The notes: generated by a model not told the origin, from the sequence alone. Numbered from the stretch's first letter, positions 16,560-24,289 are shown. The stretch is 42,427 bases of DNA from a virus (IMGVR_UViG_3300037780_000085:1-42427); one strand, 5' to 3'. A program made the numbers and translations.

Positions 16560-17123
16560 TTATAGGATGCCTTCTTTCTTGAGAAATTCGGCAGTTTCCT
16601 CAGTCAGCGTGATTTCTGTCTTGATGTTCAGTTCAAGCAGTAGATCCTGCACACGCTGCTTTTCGCGCTTGTGTTCAGCTGCACGTGCGCGAAAGTCACT
16701 GATCTCGTTTTCGGTGAAGATGCTGGTGGAGACATCCTGTGCCATGCGACCGTAAAGGTCATCCTTGCTCCCAGCCAATTTTTTCAACTGGCCAGTGAGC
16801 ACCATAAGCGACTGTTGCACACCTTTCCCCACCAACATAGTGTAGTGAGCAATCTGTTTTTCAAGATAGGCAGCGTTGGTGAGATGCGCGTTGATGCCCG
16901 AGTCTGCATTTGCTTGTGCAACTTTGGCACGAATCTCATAGAGCGCCATCATCAACCGGTGTTGAGTTTCTGTGTTTGTCCAGAAAAGATCCCGTGCTGT
17001 TTGAATTTGTCCTTTGACATCCTCAAACTCATTCAGTGTTACCGTCATGCCCAGCTTGAGATTTCGAAGTGCCTCGTTGATGCTGTTTTGAACAGCATTG
17101 GCTTTGCGTAAAGATAGTTTCAT
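16560..17123 (-). CDS. coiled-coil protein, possibly DIP1984-like
   Basis: All-helical; C-terminal KQRVQDLLLELNIKTEI resembles the DIP1984-family tail as I recall it. Confidence 0.6.
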   Translation of the reverse strand: MKLSLRKANAVQNSINEALRNLKLGMTVTLNEFEDVKGQIQTARDLFWTNTETQHRLMMALYEIRAKVAQANADSGINAHLTNAAYLEKQIAHYTMLVGKGVQQSLMVLTGQLKKLAGSKDDLYGRMAQDVSTSIFTENEISDFRARAAEHKREKQRVQDLLLELNIKTEITLTEETAEFLKKEGIL

Positions 17124-17135
17124 GTGCCTTTTTCC

Positions 17136-17405
17136 TTATTTTGACAGTGTGCCTAGTAACTCTAGTCTTGCATACAGCTTAAACTCTTTTTCTGCTGTGT
17201 CAACTGTTTTCAGTGCAGTGTCTAGAGATTTTTTCCTGTTAGTTTTTCTGTATTCTGCTATGTGTTTGTGATATTCGTATTCATAGTGTTCGAAGCGTTT
17301 TCTCAGACGAGCAGTAGTGCCCGGAGAAGTAGATCTATGCGCTTGGTGCCACTGTTCGATTGTTTCGCGAAAATGATCGAACCTATGCTGATACGAGTGT
17401 TGCAT
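17136..17405 (-). CDS. hypothetical protein
   Basis: ORF track. Confidence 0.55.
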   Translation of the reverse strand: MQHSYQHRFDHFRETIEQWHQAHRSTSPGTTARLRKRFEHYEYEYHKHIAEYRKTNRKKSLDTALKTVDTAEKEFKLYARLELLGTLSK

Positions 17406-17442
17406 GCTCGTATGATAATTTAGACACGGTGTTTTGTCAACA

Positions 17443-17955
17443 TCAAAATTCGTTTGTGGTCTTTGGTATGTTGTTGGCGCTCATACGGGGCAAAGGTTTT
17501 CTGGGATTGCGATAAGTGCTAGGCCAACGAGTTCCCAACAATCTGCTTTTGCTGATTCTGCTCACATTCACTGTGTTGCTTTGGTTACCGCCCAACACAT
17601 AGTAATCGTCGCTGTCCTCGCCTACCACAAAACCCACATGACCACCGTTGCCTCTTGAAAACACAATTATTGCTCCGTATACCGGCGGAGTAGGTTCGCC
17701 AAATTCCAACCAATTTCTGGCCCAGTAGGGATTTTCACCTAATCTTCCATCAAAAGGTTCGTTGGGCAAACTGTTTTTGATTGCAGTTTCTGTGTAGTCA
17801 CCGCACCATGGCAGTTCCGAAGGATTGCCCAATCGCGTGCCATCAGATTTCAACCAAGCTGTAAGCTCAGCGTTGTCTCTAGATTCGTGAAGTCCCCAGA
17901 CTTTTTTGCCTTCTGTTATCCAAGGCAGTTCTCTTGATCTTCTTCTAAACAACAT
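17443..17955 (-). CDS. TIGR02594-like NlpC/P60 (CHAP-like) peptidoglycan hydrolase
   Basis: PWC, ARNW, GHVGF, LGGNQ motifs; TAAATA late-type motif upstream. Confidence 0.85.
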   Translation of the reverse strand: MLFRRRSRELPWITEGKKVWGLHESRDNAELTAWLKSDGTRLGNPSELPWCGDYTETAIKNSLPNEPFDGRLGENPYWARNWLEFGEPTPPVYGAIIVFSRGNGGHVGFVVGEDSDDYYVLGGNQSNTVNVSRISKSRLLGTRWPSTYRNPRKPLPRMSANNIPKTTNEF

Positions 17956-18121
17956 TGCAGTTCTCCTTCTACAATGTTATTTAGTTCAAAGCTGGCATCA
18001 GCAATCTTCTAGTAAGAATTTAACGGTCCCAGCTGCCTTCAAACAACTATGTGTTTCTTTTTCCACCATTTAAGCAAGTACTAGAATTTCTGTTTAAACC
18101 TTGCTTCACTTTGAACTATTT

Positions 18122-18198
18122 TGGTAGGCCCCCTCGGACTCGAACCGAGATATCCAATCTTATGAGGATTGCTCATTAACCAATTATGATAAAGGCCT
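18122..18198 (-). tRNA. tRNA-Ile2(CAT)-like (lysidine substrate) or Met
   Basis: AGGCCTT/GGGGCCT-ACCA; CAATC-CTCATAA-GATTG; TilS encoded in the window. Confidence 0.8.
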
Positions 18199-18204
18199 AA
18201 ATAT

Positions 18205-18277
18205 TGGTTGCAGAGACAAGAATCGAACTTGCGTAGTCTAGGTTATGAGCCTAGATGGGATACCAATCCGCTCTGCG
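18205..18277 (-). tRNA. initiator-like tRNA-fMet(CAT)
   Basis: C1:A72 mismatch (CGCAGAG/CTCTGCA); CTAGG-CTCATAA-CCTAG; short D arm. Confidence 0.75.
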
Positions 18278-18287
18278 ATAAACATTG

Positions 18288-18384
18288 TTTAAAAGATACA
18301 CTATGCCGGATTCGCACCGGCTCCCCTTTCATTCCGCAGAAACCGCCTACTGACGCTTGGGTGCCTACTAGTGTATCATTTAAA
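18288..18384 (-). ncRNA. long-stem RNA with T-arm (unassigned)
   Basis: GATACACTA/TAGTGTATC closing stem; GCCGG-TGCGAAT-CCGGC next to the 3' strand. Confidence 0.55.
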
Positions 18385-18390
18385 CTATGA

Positions 18391-18468
18391 GTTTAGTGTA
18401 ACAGTCTCGGAAATGGAGTAGTCGCCTACTTCCAAATGGGTCGGAACACGAAAACTGTTACACAAAAC
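18391..18468 (-). ncRNA. stem-closed structured element (unassigned)
   Basis: GTGTAACAGT/ACTGTTACAC 10-bp stem enclosing smaller hairpins. Confidence 0.4.
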
Positions 18469-18522
18469 ACATTGTGGAACGGCGTCTAGCCTGTCCCTGA
18501 TCAATGCGTCGAAACTCGTTCA

Positions 18523-18616
18523 GTAGATACACTATGCGGAAGCCTCCGATCTCACTGCTGTGCAGTATAACACATGGCCTCAGTGCCCCGATGTGTCCAG
18601 GATATAGTGTATCTAC
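18523..18616 (-). ncRNA. stem-closed structured element (unassigned)
   Basis: GTAGATACACTAT/ATAGTGTATCTAC 13-bp stem, same core as the element at 18288. Confidence 0.45.
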
Positions 18617-18627
18617 AAAAATAGTCT

Positions 18628-19673
18628 TTTGCCTAGCCTGAGATTACAGCGTAGGACGGAGTCCTTTGATAGCCGTACCCGAACCCTTGCGAGGTTGGTT
18701 AGCCCATATCCACTAAAGTCCTTGCGGATCATTTAGTATACTCCAATGGTGCCTTTTTTGGAGAGTGGCGTTTCTCTCGTCATGTGCTGCTACTCGTCCC
18801 TTGGTCTTACGTCTGCCTTGCGAGCAGTTCAACCGCGCTAACGGTTTACGTCTTCTCTCCGAACAACCACATCCGCCTTGCGAGCTTCCGTGGGCCATAT
18901 TCTGCGAACAGTATGGCATTAACCATCTTTCGCAACACACCGGGGCAGGCTTTCGCTTTTTTATGGTGCGTGGAGTAGGACTTGAACCTACAATCCTCTG
19001 TGCCTAAAACAGATGCCTTTACCAGTTTGGCCATCTACGCGAACCCACTAAGAAGTGCTGCCCCAGTTGCTCCGTATCTTGTTAGATACAGAATACAACA
19101 CTCCTCCTGTCTTTCGTCTTGCGGACTACTCAACGTCACTTCAAGTATCCGGCTCCTACACCTTCAACTCTTGTGATACTACATTGCCTTTGCTTGCAGG
19201 CTTAGACTCTGTAGTTACTGGTTGGTATTCAGTACTCGTTAGTTTGGCTGAACAGTGTTTGGGCGCCAACCCTCTTAGCACTCACCGAGTGGCTCTGTGC
19301 CTATCCTTTCGGACACTATTCCTAACTTAATACCTACCGCCTTTCTACGGACGGGATTTGCTTTCGCATACAGGCGTCGCCGTGTAGCGAGTCAAATCTA
19401 ACCCCAGCTTGTTTAGATGGACCATTGCTGGCGCCGGTTTATGGGAAACCCGGCTTTGGGACAGTTACCTGCCTTACCCTTATATGGACGCTAAACCGCC
19501 CATCTTACTGTGTTTACAACGACATACTGTTACCCTATCGTTGGACTGGTAGACATAGTGGTCAACATTGCCATCCCAGCCTATTGTCGGAAGCGTTTGG
19601 CACTGCTGTTTCACTAGGAACCACCCTAGTTACTTGGCAGTGCTACTACCCAATATGCCTGTGTAAACACAGT
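18628..19673 (-). ncRNA. GOLLD-like giant structured RNA with nested tRNA
   Basis: ~1 kb with no credible ORF, many GCAA/GAAA-capped hairpins, own promoter and boxA; 3' part GAGTAG..AAACGCCACTCTCCAAAAAAGGCAC..GTAATCTCAGGCT resembles the GOLLD 3' domain as I recall it. Confidence 0.7.
18964..19040 (-). tRNA. tRNA-Leu(TAG), short variable loop, nested in the GOLLD-like RNA
   Basis: GCGTAGA/TCCACGC-ACCA; TCTGT-TTTAGGC-ACAGA. Confidence 0.8.
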
Positions 19674-19704
19674 TTTTGCTCATCATCGACTTGCGTCTAA
19701 AGCT

Positions 19705-19728
19705 GTGTCTAAATTATCAAAGAGCGTG
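19705..19728 (-). promoter_or_regulatory. boxA-like antitermination site
   Basis: CACGCTCTTTGATAATTTAGACAC; near-identical copy at 24560-24583. Confidence 0.7.
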
Positions 19729-19757
19729 TTAACAACAACGTTGCTAACTATGTAACT

Positions 19758-19785
19758 AATATAGCATCGCAAACGCTGTTGTCAA
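19758..19785 (-). promoter_or_regulatory. sigma70-type promoter of the GOLLD-like operon
   Basis: TTGACA-N16-TATATT. Confidence 0.7.
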
Positions 19786-19814
19786 CTGCTTTTTTGCTTC
19801 TCAGCAAACTTTTT

Positions 19815-19891
19815 TGGTAGGGGAAGTGGGACTCGAACCCACAAAACCAACTTTTTGAGAGTTGTATGTATACCTATTCCATCATTCCCCC
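19815..19891 (-). tRNA. tRNA-Leu(CAA), short variable loop
   Basis: GGGGGAA/TTCCCCT-ACCA; CAACT-CTCAAAA-AGTTG. Confidence 0.82.
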
Positions 19892-19893
19892 AT

Positions 19894-19969
19894 TGGTGCT
19901 GCCACGAGGATTCGAACCCCGGACATCGACATTACTAGTGTCGCGCTCTACCAACTGAGCTATAGCAGC
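19894..19969 (-). tRNA. tRNA-Thr(AGT)
   Basis: GCTGCTA/TGGCAGC-ACCA; CGACA-CTAGTAA-TGTCG. Confidence 0.9.
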
Positions 19970-19970
19970 A

Positions 19971-20525
19971 TCAAACATATACTACACACCATTTTAGTTT
20001 TTTACTAGATTTTACAGTAGAAGAATTCTTGAAATCAACAATTTCACAGTTGGTGCTGGTTCTGTAAACCCAACGCAGAAAAGGATTATCTGAGTTTCTA
20101 TACTCGTCTCTGCTCCAACGCCATCCATGACTCACATGAGTTAGATCCGTCCAATCTGCTAAATCCATTGCTTGTCGAATAGCAGCCCATTGCTGTTTGC
20201 GCTTGCCCCATAGGTTGCCCGCGCGGTCAATGCCCTGCGGTAACAATTTGGGATCGCTTTCCAAGACAATGATGTGGTTGGGCGGCGCTGCACGCTCCAA
20301 GCAGTAAAACTTTCGTTCTATGCGATCAAATCTGCCCGCCTTCAAGAACTCTAAAGCAATTTCATGTGCTCGGATCTCCTCGGGCACACGCCAATGTGCT
20401 TGACTCTGCAGGCTGCTCATTTCCAACAAGCCTTTGGTACCCAGCAGTGCTACACCATACATGGTGTCGAATCTGCTCTGCACTCTGCGCAATTCACGCT
20501 TTCTCTGATTTTGTTCGTCTCTCAA
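19971..20525 (-). CDS. hypothetical protein
   Basis: TTG start after GAGG SD; 184 aa. Confidence 0.55.
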   Translation of the reverse strand: MRDEQNQRKRELRRVQSRFDTMYGVALLGTKGLLEMSSLQSQAHWRVPEEIRAHEIALEFLKAGRFDRIERKFYCLERAAPPNHIIVLESDPKLLPQGIDRAGNLWGKRKQQWAAIRQAMDLADWTDLTHVSHGWRWSRDEYRNSDNPFLRWVYRTSTNCEIVDFKNSSTVKSSKKLKWCVVYV

Positions 20526-20700
20526 TTCCTCTAATCTGGTGTGTATATCGTAGATCTATGACATTTTATTTCTCCTTTTGTATGTTGTAAATTAGGCCGA
20601 GCACTCACAACCTCCAAGTTGGTGATCAATCCAACGCTGTTGTGTATTAGCCGGGTCGCCGCTAGCAACTCCCCTTACATCCATGATGCAGGCCTAAACT

Positions 20701-20775
20701 TGGTGCCTCTGACAGGAATTGAACCTGCTTGATCCGGGTTTAGAAGCCGTTGCACTACCATAGTGCTACAGAGGC
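20701..20775 (-). tRNA. tRNA with ambiguous anticodon (CTA amber or TCT Arg)
   Basis: Perfect acceptor, D and T arms; anticodon arm CGG-CTTCTAAAC-CCG. Confidence 0.7.
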
Positions 20776-20776
20776 G

Positions 20777-21013
20777 TTATCTCTTTGTGTAAGCACCTTC
20801 CGTGCTAGATATTGCTGCTATCAGTTCTTCCCACATCTGTGGGCCTACAGCAATGGTTTTGAATTTTTCTGTTTCATCGTCCCACTGTCTAATATACACT
20901 ATGTCGTCGAAGGCGTCAATTTTCAAATCCTCGTGAAACCCGCCGTCATCTACAACGGTGATTTCAATGTTGTCGTGATCAAATTCTACAGTGAACAATA
21001 TCTGTCCTTTCAA
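20777..21013 (-). CDS. hypothetical protein
   Basis: ORF track; FTVEFDHD..ITV.D type small phage protein. Confidence 0.6.
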   Translation of the reverse strand: MKGQILFTVEFDHDNIEITVVDDGGFHEDLKIDAFDDIVYIRQWDDETEKFKTIAVGPQMWEELIAAISSTEGAYTKR

Positions 21014-21245
21014 AAAGACCCGGGTGTATTGCAGTTAACTTACTACAACAGGGACGCCGGATCATATTGGCGATCCGTTAGCCTACACACGGTGGAAGGT
21101 GTGCGTTTGACCCCTATGCGTTTGAAAGCAGTCAGCAAGACAGTTTTTCAATTTCTGCTCGGTGCAATCGGTTTAGCATAAGACTTAGTGGTTCTATGTG
21201 GAAGACCGCCACGGATCAACGGCGGCACTCTTCCACAATTAAAAA

Positions 21246-22097
21246 TTATTTGGTTTCGAACATTTGCAGGTCGCGCTCTTTGGGTACAAAGAATCTTTCC
21301 ATTTTTCTTTTAACCCAAAACCATTTGCCCTGTACATTTGTCCCGTCGCTGAGATAAACTTCATAGTCTCTCGACGTAAACCAATCAAGAATTTCTTGAC
21401 ATGAATAACCGAATCTTTCGGGCTGACCATCAACCATTTCGAGTTGCACAACAGGGCGCTCTCTCATGATAGTATTTTCGGCACCTAAAATTACCGGGAA
21501 TTCATATCCTTCAGTGTCGACTTTGATAATATCAATTTCTGACAAAGGTTGATCATCCAGTCTCTCAACAACTACCAATTGTTTTTCAGGTTCGATTTTT
21601 CTCACTCTTTGTCTTCCAGATTTAAGAGGAATATTGATATTATCAATGTGATTATGACCAGCATTGTCCTTTTTAATTAGGATTTCAAAAGAACCGGCTG
21701 TGTCTCCTAGACCTATGTTGTGAGTAACAATGTTACCGTTAACAGTCATGTTTGCTCCGGCATCCTGCTTTTCAAACCAATTTTTAGTAGCGGCCATGCC
21801 TTTGTTCAAAGCAATATTCTTTTCTGCCATTTGAAATGTTTGGGGAGTAGGTTCAAAACCATGAACAGTGTCAGCAAAAGTAGCATACTCGATGGAATTC
21901 ATTCCAATATTCATACCCACGTCTAAAATAGTTCTTGCTTTTGGCACTAACTTTCTTAGAGCAATTAGGTTTTGTTTTTGATAAGGACCGGCATTGGCTA
22001 CTCTTTGTTGATAAAAACTATCGTTTTTATAAATCCAATACTGACGTCCATAGGTATTGGTTACCAACTGTTCTTCATATAGGTGTGAACCTGTCAT
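21246..22097 (-). CDS. FkbM-family SAM-dependent methyltransferase
   Basis: ILDVGMNIG, FEP, IKVDTEGYE..VILGA motifs. Confidence 0.88.
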   Translation of the reverse strand: MTGSHLYEEQLVTNTYGRQYWIYKNDSFYQQRVANAGPYQKQNLIALRKLVPKARTILDVGMNIGMNSIEYATFADTVHGFEPTPQTFQMAEKNIALNKGMAATKNWFEKQDAGANMTVNGNIVTHNIGLGDTAGSFEILIKKDNAGHNHIDNINIPLKSGRQRVRKIEPEKQLVVVERLDDQPLSEIDIIKVDTEGYEFPVILGAENTIMRERPVVQLEMVDGQPERFGYSCQEILDWFTSRDYEVYLSDGTNVQGKWFWVKRKMERFFVPKERDLQMFETK

Positions 22098-22157
22098 TTA
22101 AATCTCCTAGGTTTTTTATATAATAACAAAACAATTTTTTTTGTCAAGAGAAATGTT

Positions 22158-22232
22158 TGGAGCGGACAGGGGGTAACGCTCCCCCTTCTACTGATTGGCA
22201 ACCAGTCGTAATAACTTGTATACTATGCCCGC
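22158..22232 (-). tRNA. tRNA-Gly(GCC), atypical D and T loops
   Basis: GCGGGCA/TGTCCGC-TCCA; ACTGG-TTGCCAA-TCAGT; T loop AGCGTTA. Confidence 0.8.
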
Positions 22233-22484
22233 ACTAATGTGAGAAACTCAATGCTATCATACCTAAAAAACCTAGGAACATAAAAGCCGTGAGTGTGCTT
22301 AGAACGTTGATGTTTTTGTAAAAACTCACCATCAACAGCACCGGAAATATTGCGATACCCGATATTTTTATAATTAGAATAATCACTTCTGTCATACTGT
22401 ATTTATGAGGTAGATCCTGTTCTGCACAGACGTCTTGCTATGCTAAATCAGCGCACCCCATAGTGAAACTTTACAGCAGTGTAA

Positions 22485-22559
22485 TGGTGGAGGCCCAGGG
22501 AATCGAACCCTCGTAGACATCTTCCGTGCAAGGGAAAACCGTAGCCCACTACTGCCCCC
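22485..22559 (-). tRNA. tRNA-Ala(TGC), short D arm
   Basis: G3:U70 pair; TTCC-CTTGCAC-GGAA; ACCA end. Confidence 0.75.
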
Positions 22560-22685
22560 AACTCTCTCAACACACAGCCCCCACCGTCTCGCCTGTGTTG
22601 TGTTCCTGCTCTGCATCTTACGGCACAGATAGCCTAGGCACAGGAACTTACCTTATTGGTCTGTCTAGAGAGACAAACCCGAATG

Positions 22686-22758
22686 TCAGGGAGAGAGGAC
22701 TCGAACCTCCGGTCTTTGGTACCCAAAACCAACGCTTTACCACCTAAGCTACACCCTG
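22686..22758 (-). tRNA. tRNA-Pro(TGG), CCA not encoded
   Basis: CAGGGTG/CTCCCTG-A; TTGGT-TTTGGGT-ACCAA. Confidence 0.82.
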
Positions 22759-22828
22759 TACTCATTTGCCGATATATTCATCAACTATCGGCTGAACTTC
22801 TTCTTTATATCTACACAGATAAAAATTT

Positions 22829-22904
22829 TGGCTGGTCCTCCAGGGTTCGAACCCGGCCTCTTCTGAACCAAAATCAGATGTGTTACCAACTACACCAAGG
22901 ACCA
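22829..22904 (-). tRNA. tRNA-Gln(TTG)
   Basis: TGGTCCT/AGGACCA-GCCA; TCTGA-TTTTGGT-TCAGA. Confidence 0.88.
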
Positions 22905-22921
22905 ACGGATTGTATTGTATA

Positions 22922-22999
22922 TGGTACCCGGGGAGGGATTCGAACCCACACTGTACAGAACCTAAATCTGGCGCCTCCTACCTATTGGGCTACCCGGGC
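22922..22999 (-). tRNA. tRNA-Leu(TAG), short variable loop
   Basis: GCCCGGG/CCCGGGT-ACCA; CAGA-TTTAGGT-TCTG. Confidence 0.82.
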
Positions 23000-23008
23000 A
23001 TTGTTGAT

Positions 23009-23083
23009 TGGTGCTCCTGGAGAGATTCGAACTCCCGGCCAATGGTTTCGAAGACCACCGCTCTTCCACTGAGCTACAGAAGC
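23009..23083 (-). tRNA. tRNA-Arg(TCG)
   Basis: GTGGT-CTTCGAA-ACCAT; A20; ACCA end. Confidence 0.88.
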
Positions 23084-23088
23084 AGTTT

Positions 23089-23162
23089 TGGTGCCGGATG
23101 AGGGAATCGAACCCCCGTCTACTGCTTACAAGGCAGTTGCTAATCCCCTCAGCTAATCCGGC
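23089..23162 (-). tRNA. tRNA-Thr(TGT)
   Basis: ACTGC-CTTGTAA-GCAGT; GCCGGAT/ATCCGGC. Confidence 0.88.
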
Positions 23163-23212
23163 TGATCATTGATAGCGTTGCTCTACTAAATGAGCTACAC
23201 TTGAGACAGTAA

Positions 23213-23287
23213 TGGCGACCCTACGGGGACTCTAACCCCGTTCTCCCGGTAGACAGCCGAGCGTGATAAACCATATACTATAGGGCC
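23213..23287 (-). tRNA. tRNA-Asp(GTC)
   Basis: CTCGG-CTGTCTA-CCGGG; G73-CCA. Confidence 0.83.
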
Positions 23288-23292
23288 GTGTT

Positions 23293-23368
23293 TGGAGCGG
23301 GTAGCCGGTAACGCTCCGGTCTACTCTTGGGTGGAAGCCAAGTATGTATCTGTAAACACCTTACCCGC
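23293..23368 (-). tRNA. tRNA-Gly(TCC), atypical D and T loops
   Basis: CTTGG-CTTCCAC-CCAAG; T loop AGCGTTA; U73. Confidence 0.8.
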
Positions 23369-23374
23369 ATTTTC

Positions 23375-23464
23375 TGGCAGAGAGACAGGGATTCGAACCC
23401 TGGGAACCCGTAAAGGTTCTTCAGTTTTCAAGACTGACGCCTTCGACCGCTCGGCCACCTCTCC
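23375..23464 (-). tRNA. tRNA-Ser(TGA)
   Basis: TCAGT-CTTGAAA-ACTGA; long V arm; G73. Confidence 0.9.
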
Positions 23465-23470
23465 GTGTTT

Positions 23471-23545
23471 TGGTGCAGGATGAGAGATTCGAACTCCCGA
23501 CCCACGGTGTGTAAAACCGTTGCGCTACCACTGCGCCAATCCTGC
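23471..23545 (-). tRNA. tRNA-Val(TAC)
   Basis: ACGGT-TTTACAC-ACCGT. Confidence 0.9.
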
Positions 23546-23556
23546 GTTGTTCTTTT

Positions 23557-23644
23557 TGGCGGAGCGACTGGGAGTCGAACCCAGTGTACCCTTTCAGGTA
23601 CTACGGATTAGCAATCCGCTGCATTACCATCCTGCCCCCGCTCC
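23557..23644 (-). tRNA. tRNA-Ser(GCT)
   Basis: GCGGA-TTGCTAA-TCCGT; long V arm. Confidence 0.9.
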
Positions 23645-23663
23645 ACAAAGGTAAGATTTGTTT

Positions 23664-23739
23664 TGGCACCGGTGGTAGGATTCGAACCCACGCTGACGCG
23701 GTTTTGGAGACCACCGTTCTACCCCTGAGCTACACCGAT
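23664..23739 (-). tRNA. tRNA-Trp(CCA)
   Basis: GTGGT-CTCCAAA-ACCGC; G73-CCA. Confidence 0.88.
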
Positions 23740-23803
23740 ATAATTGAAAACGAGCGGCACCGTTACCACGCAATGGGTCTGCCGTGTTATTCCGCTCGTC
23801 AAT

Positions 23804-24200
23804 GGCTCTACCCATGGGGTCCTCTGCTATGGGCGATTTAACTGAACTTCACCGCGTTCAGTACCGTAATTTAGACCCAGCCCTGCGCGACCGGGTTTTT
23901 CACTGTTCTCAAAGTCGCAGTTAGAACAGCTACATTCTGTTTGGCAACACTGTGCCAGTTGTGTGGTTGGCTCTTACTCACGACGTTGAGCGACTTAGCT
24001 GAAGCGGGCGTGTGATATCTTCAGTACCGTGATTGGCTTTCCAGCTACCTTGGGAGAGGGACTTTCTCCTTTAGCTTTACACTAGGACAGCTTTGAACTG
24101 AGAGATCCTAGCAACCAAGACTGGAAATGTGTTAGGCTCTACCCAAGGAGACGAAAGCTTTAGGCGATTCACCAGTGCCGTTAACCCCCAGCACTGTACC
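23804..24200 (-). ncRNA. three copies of an unassigned two-hairpin RNA motif
   Basis: Consensus GGTA-C[stem]G-NTRARTCG-C[stem]G-TA(A)GAGCC at 23804-23865, 23969-24028 and 24135-24200; stems differ in sequence but keep pairing. Confidence 0.65.
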
Positions 24201-24208
24201 ATGTATTT

Positions 24209-24285
24209 TGGCTCCCTACCTTGGATTCGAACCAAGCGCAAACGGATTAACAGTCCGCCGCCCCCGCCGAGAGGGCCCGCAGGGA
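24209..24285 (-). tRNA. tRNA-Asn(GTT)
   Basis: TCCCTGC/GTAGGGA-GCCA; GCGGA-CTGTTAA-TCCGT. Confidence 0.85.
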
Positions 24286-24289
24286 ATAA

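Noticed and set aside
17406-17429. Plus-strand GCTCGTATGATAATTTAGACACGG, similar to the boxA leader motif
   Set aside because: Wrong orientation, boxA core disrupted, and it coincides with a TTGACA-N17-TATCAT promoter; a relic or chance match cannot be distinguished
18300-18335. AGGGGAGCCGGTGCGAATCCGGC resembles the cobalamin riboswitch T-loop
   Set aside because: The remaining B12-box elements are absent and it does not lead a CDS; treated as a generic T-arm RNA
22430-22460. GCGCTGATTTA..GCAAG similarity to the SAM-II riboswitch near the methyltransferase
   Set aside because: The P1 partner and the 3' AAAT..GCTAAA pseudoknot strand are missing
22485-22559. GGGGGC...CTCCACCA ends resembling tmRNA
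   Set aside because: Only 75 nt with a TGC anticodon loop; it is tRNA-Ala
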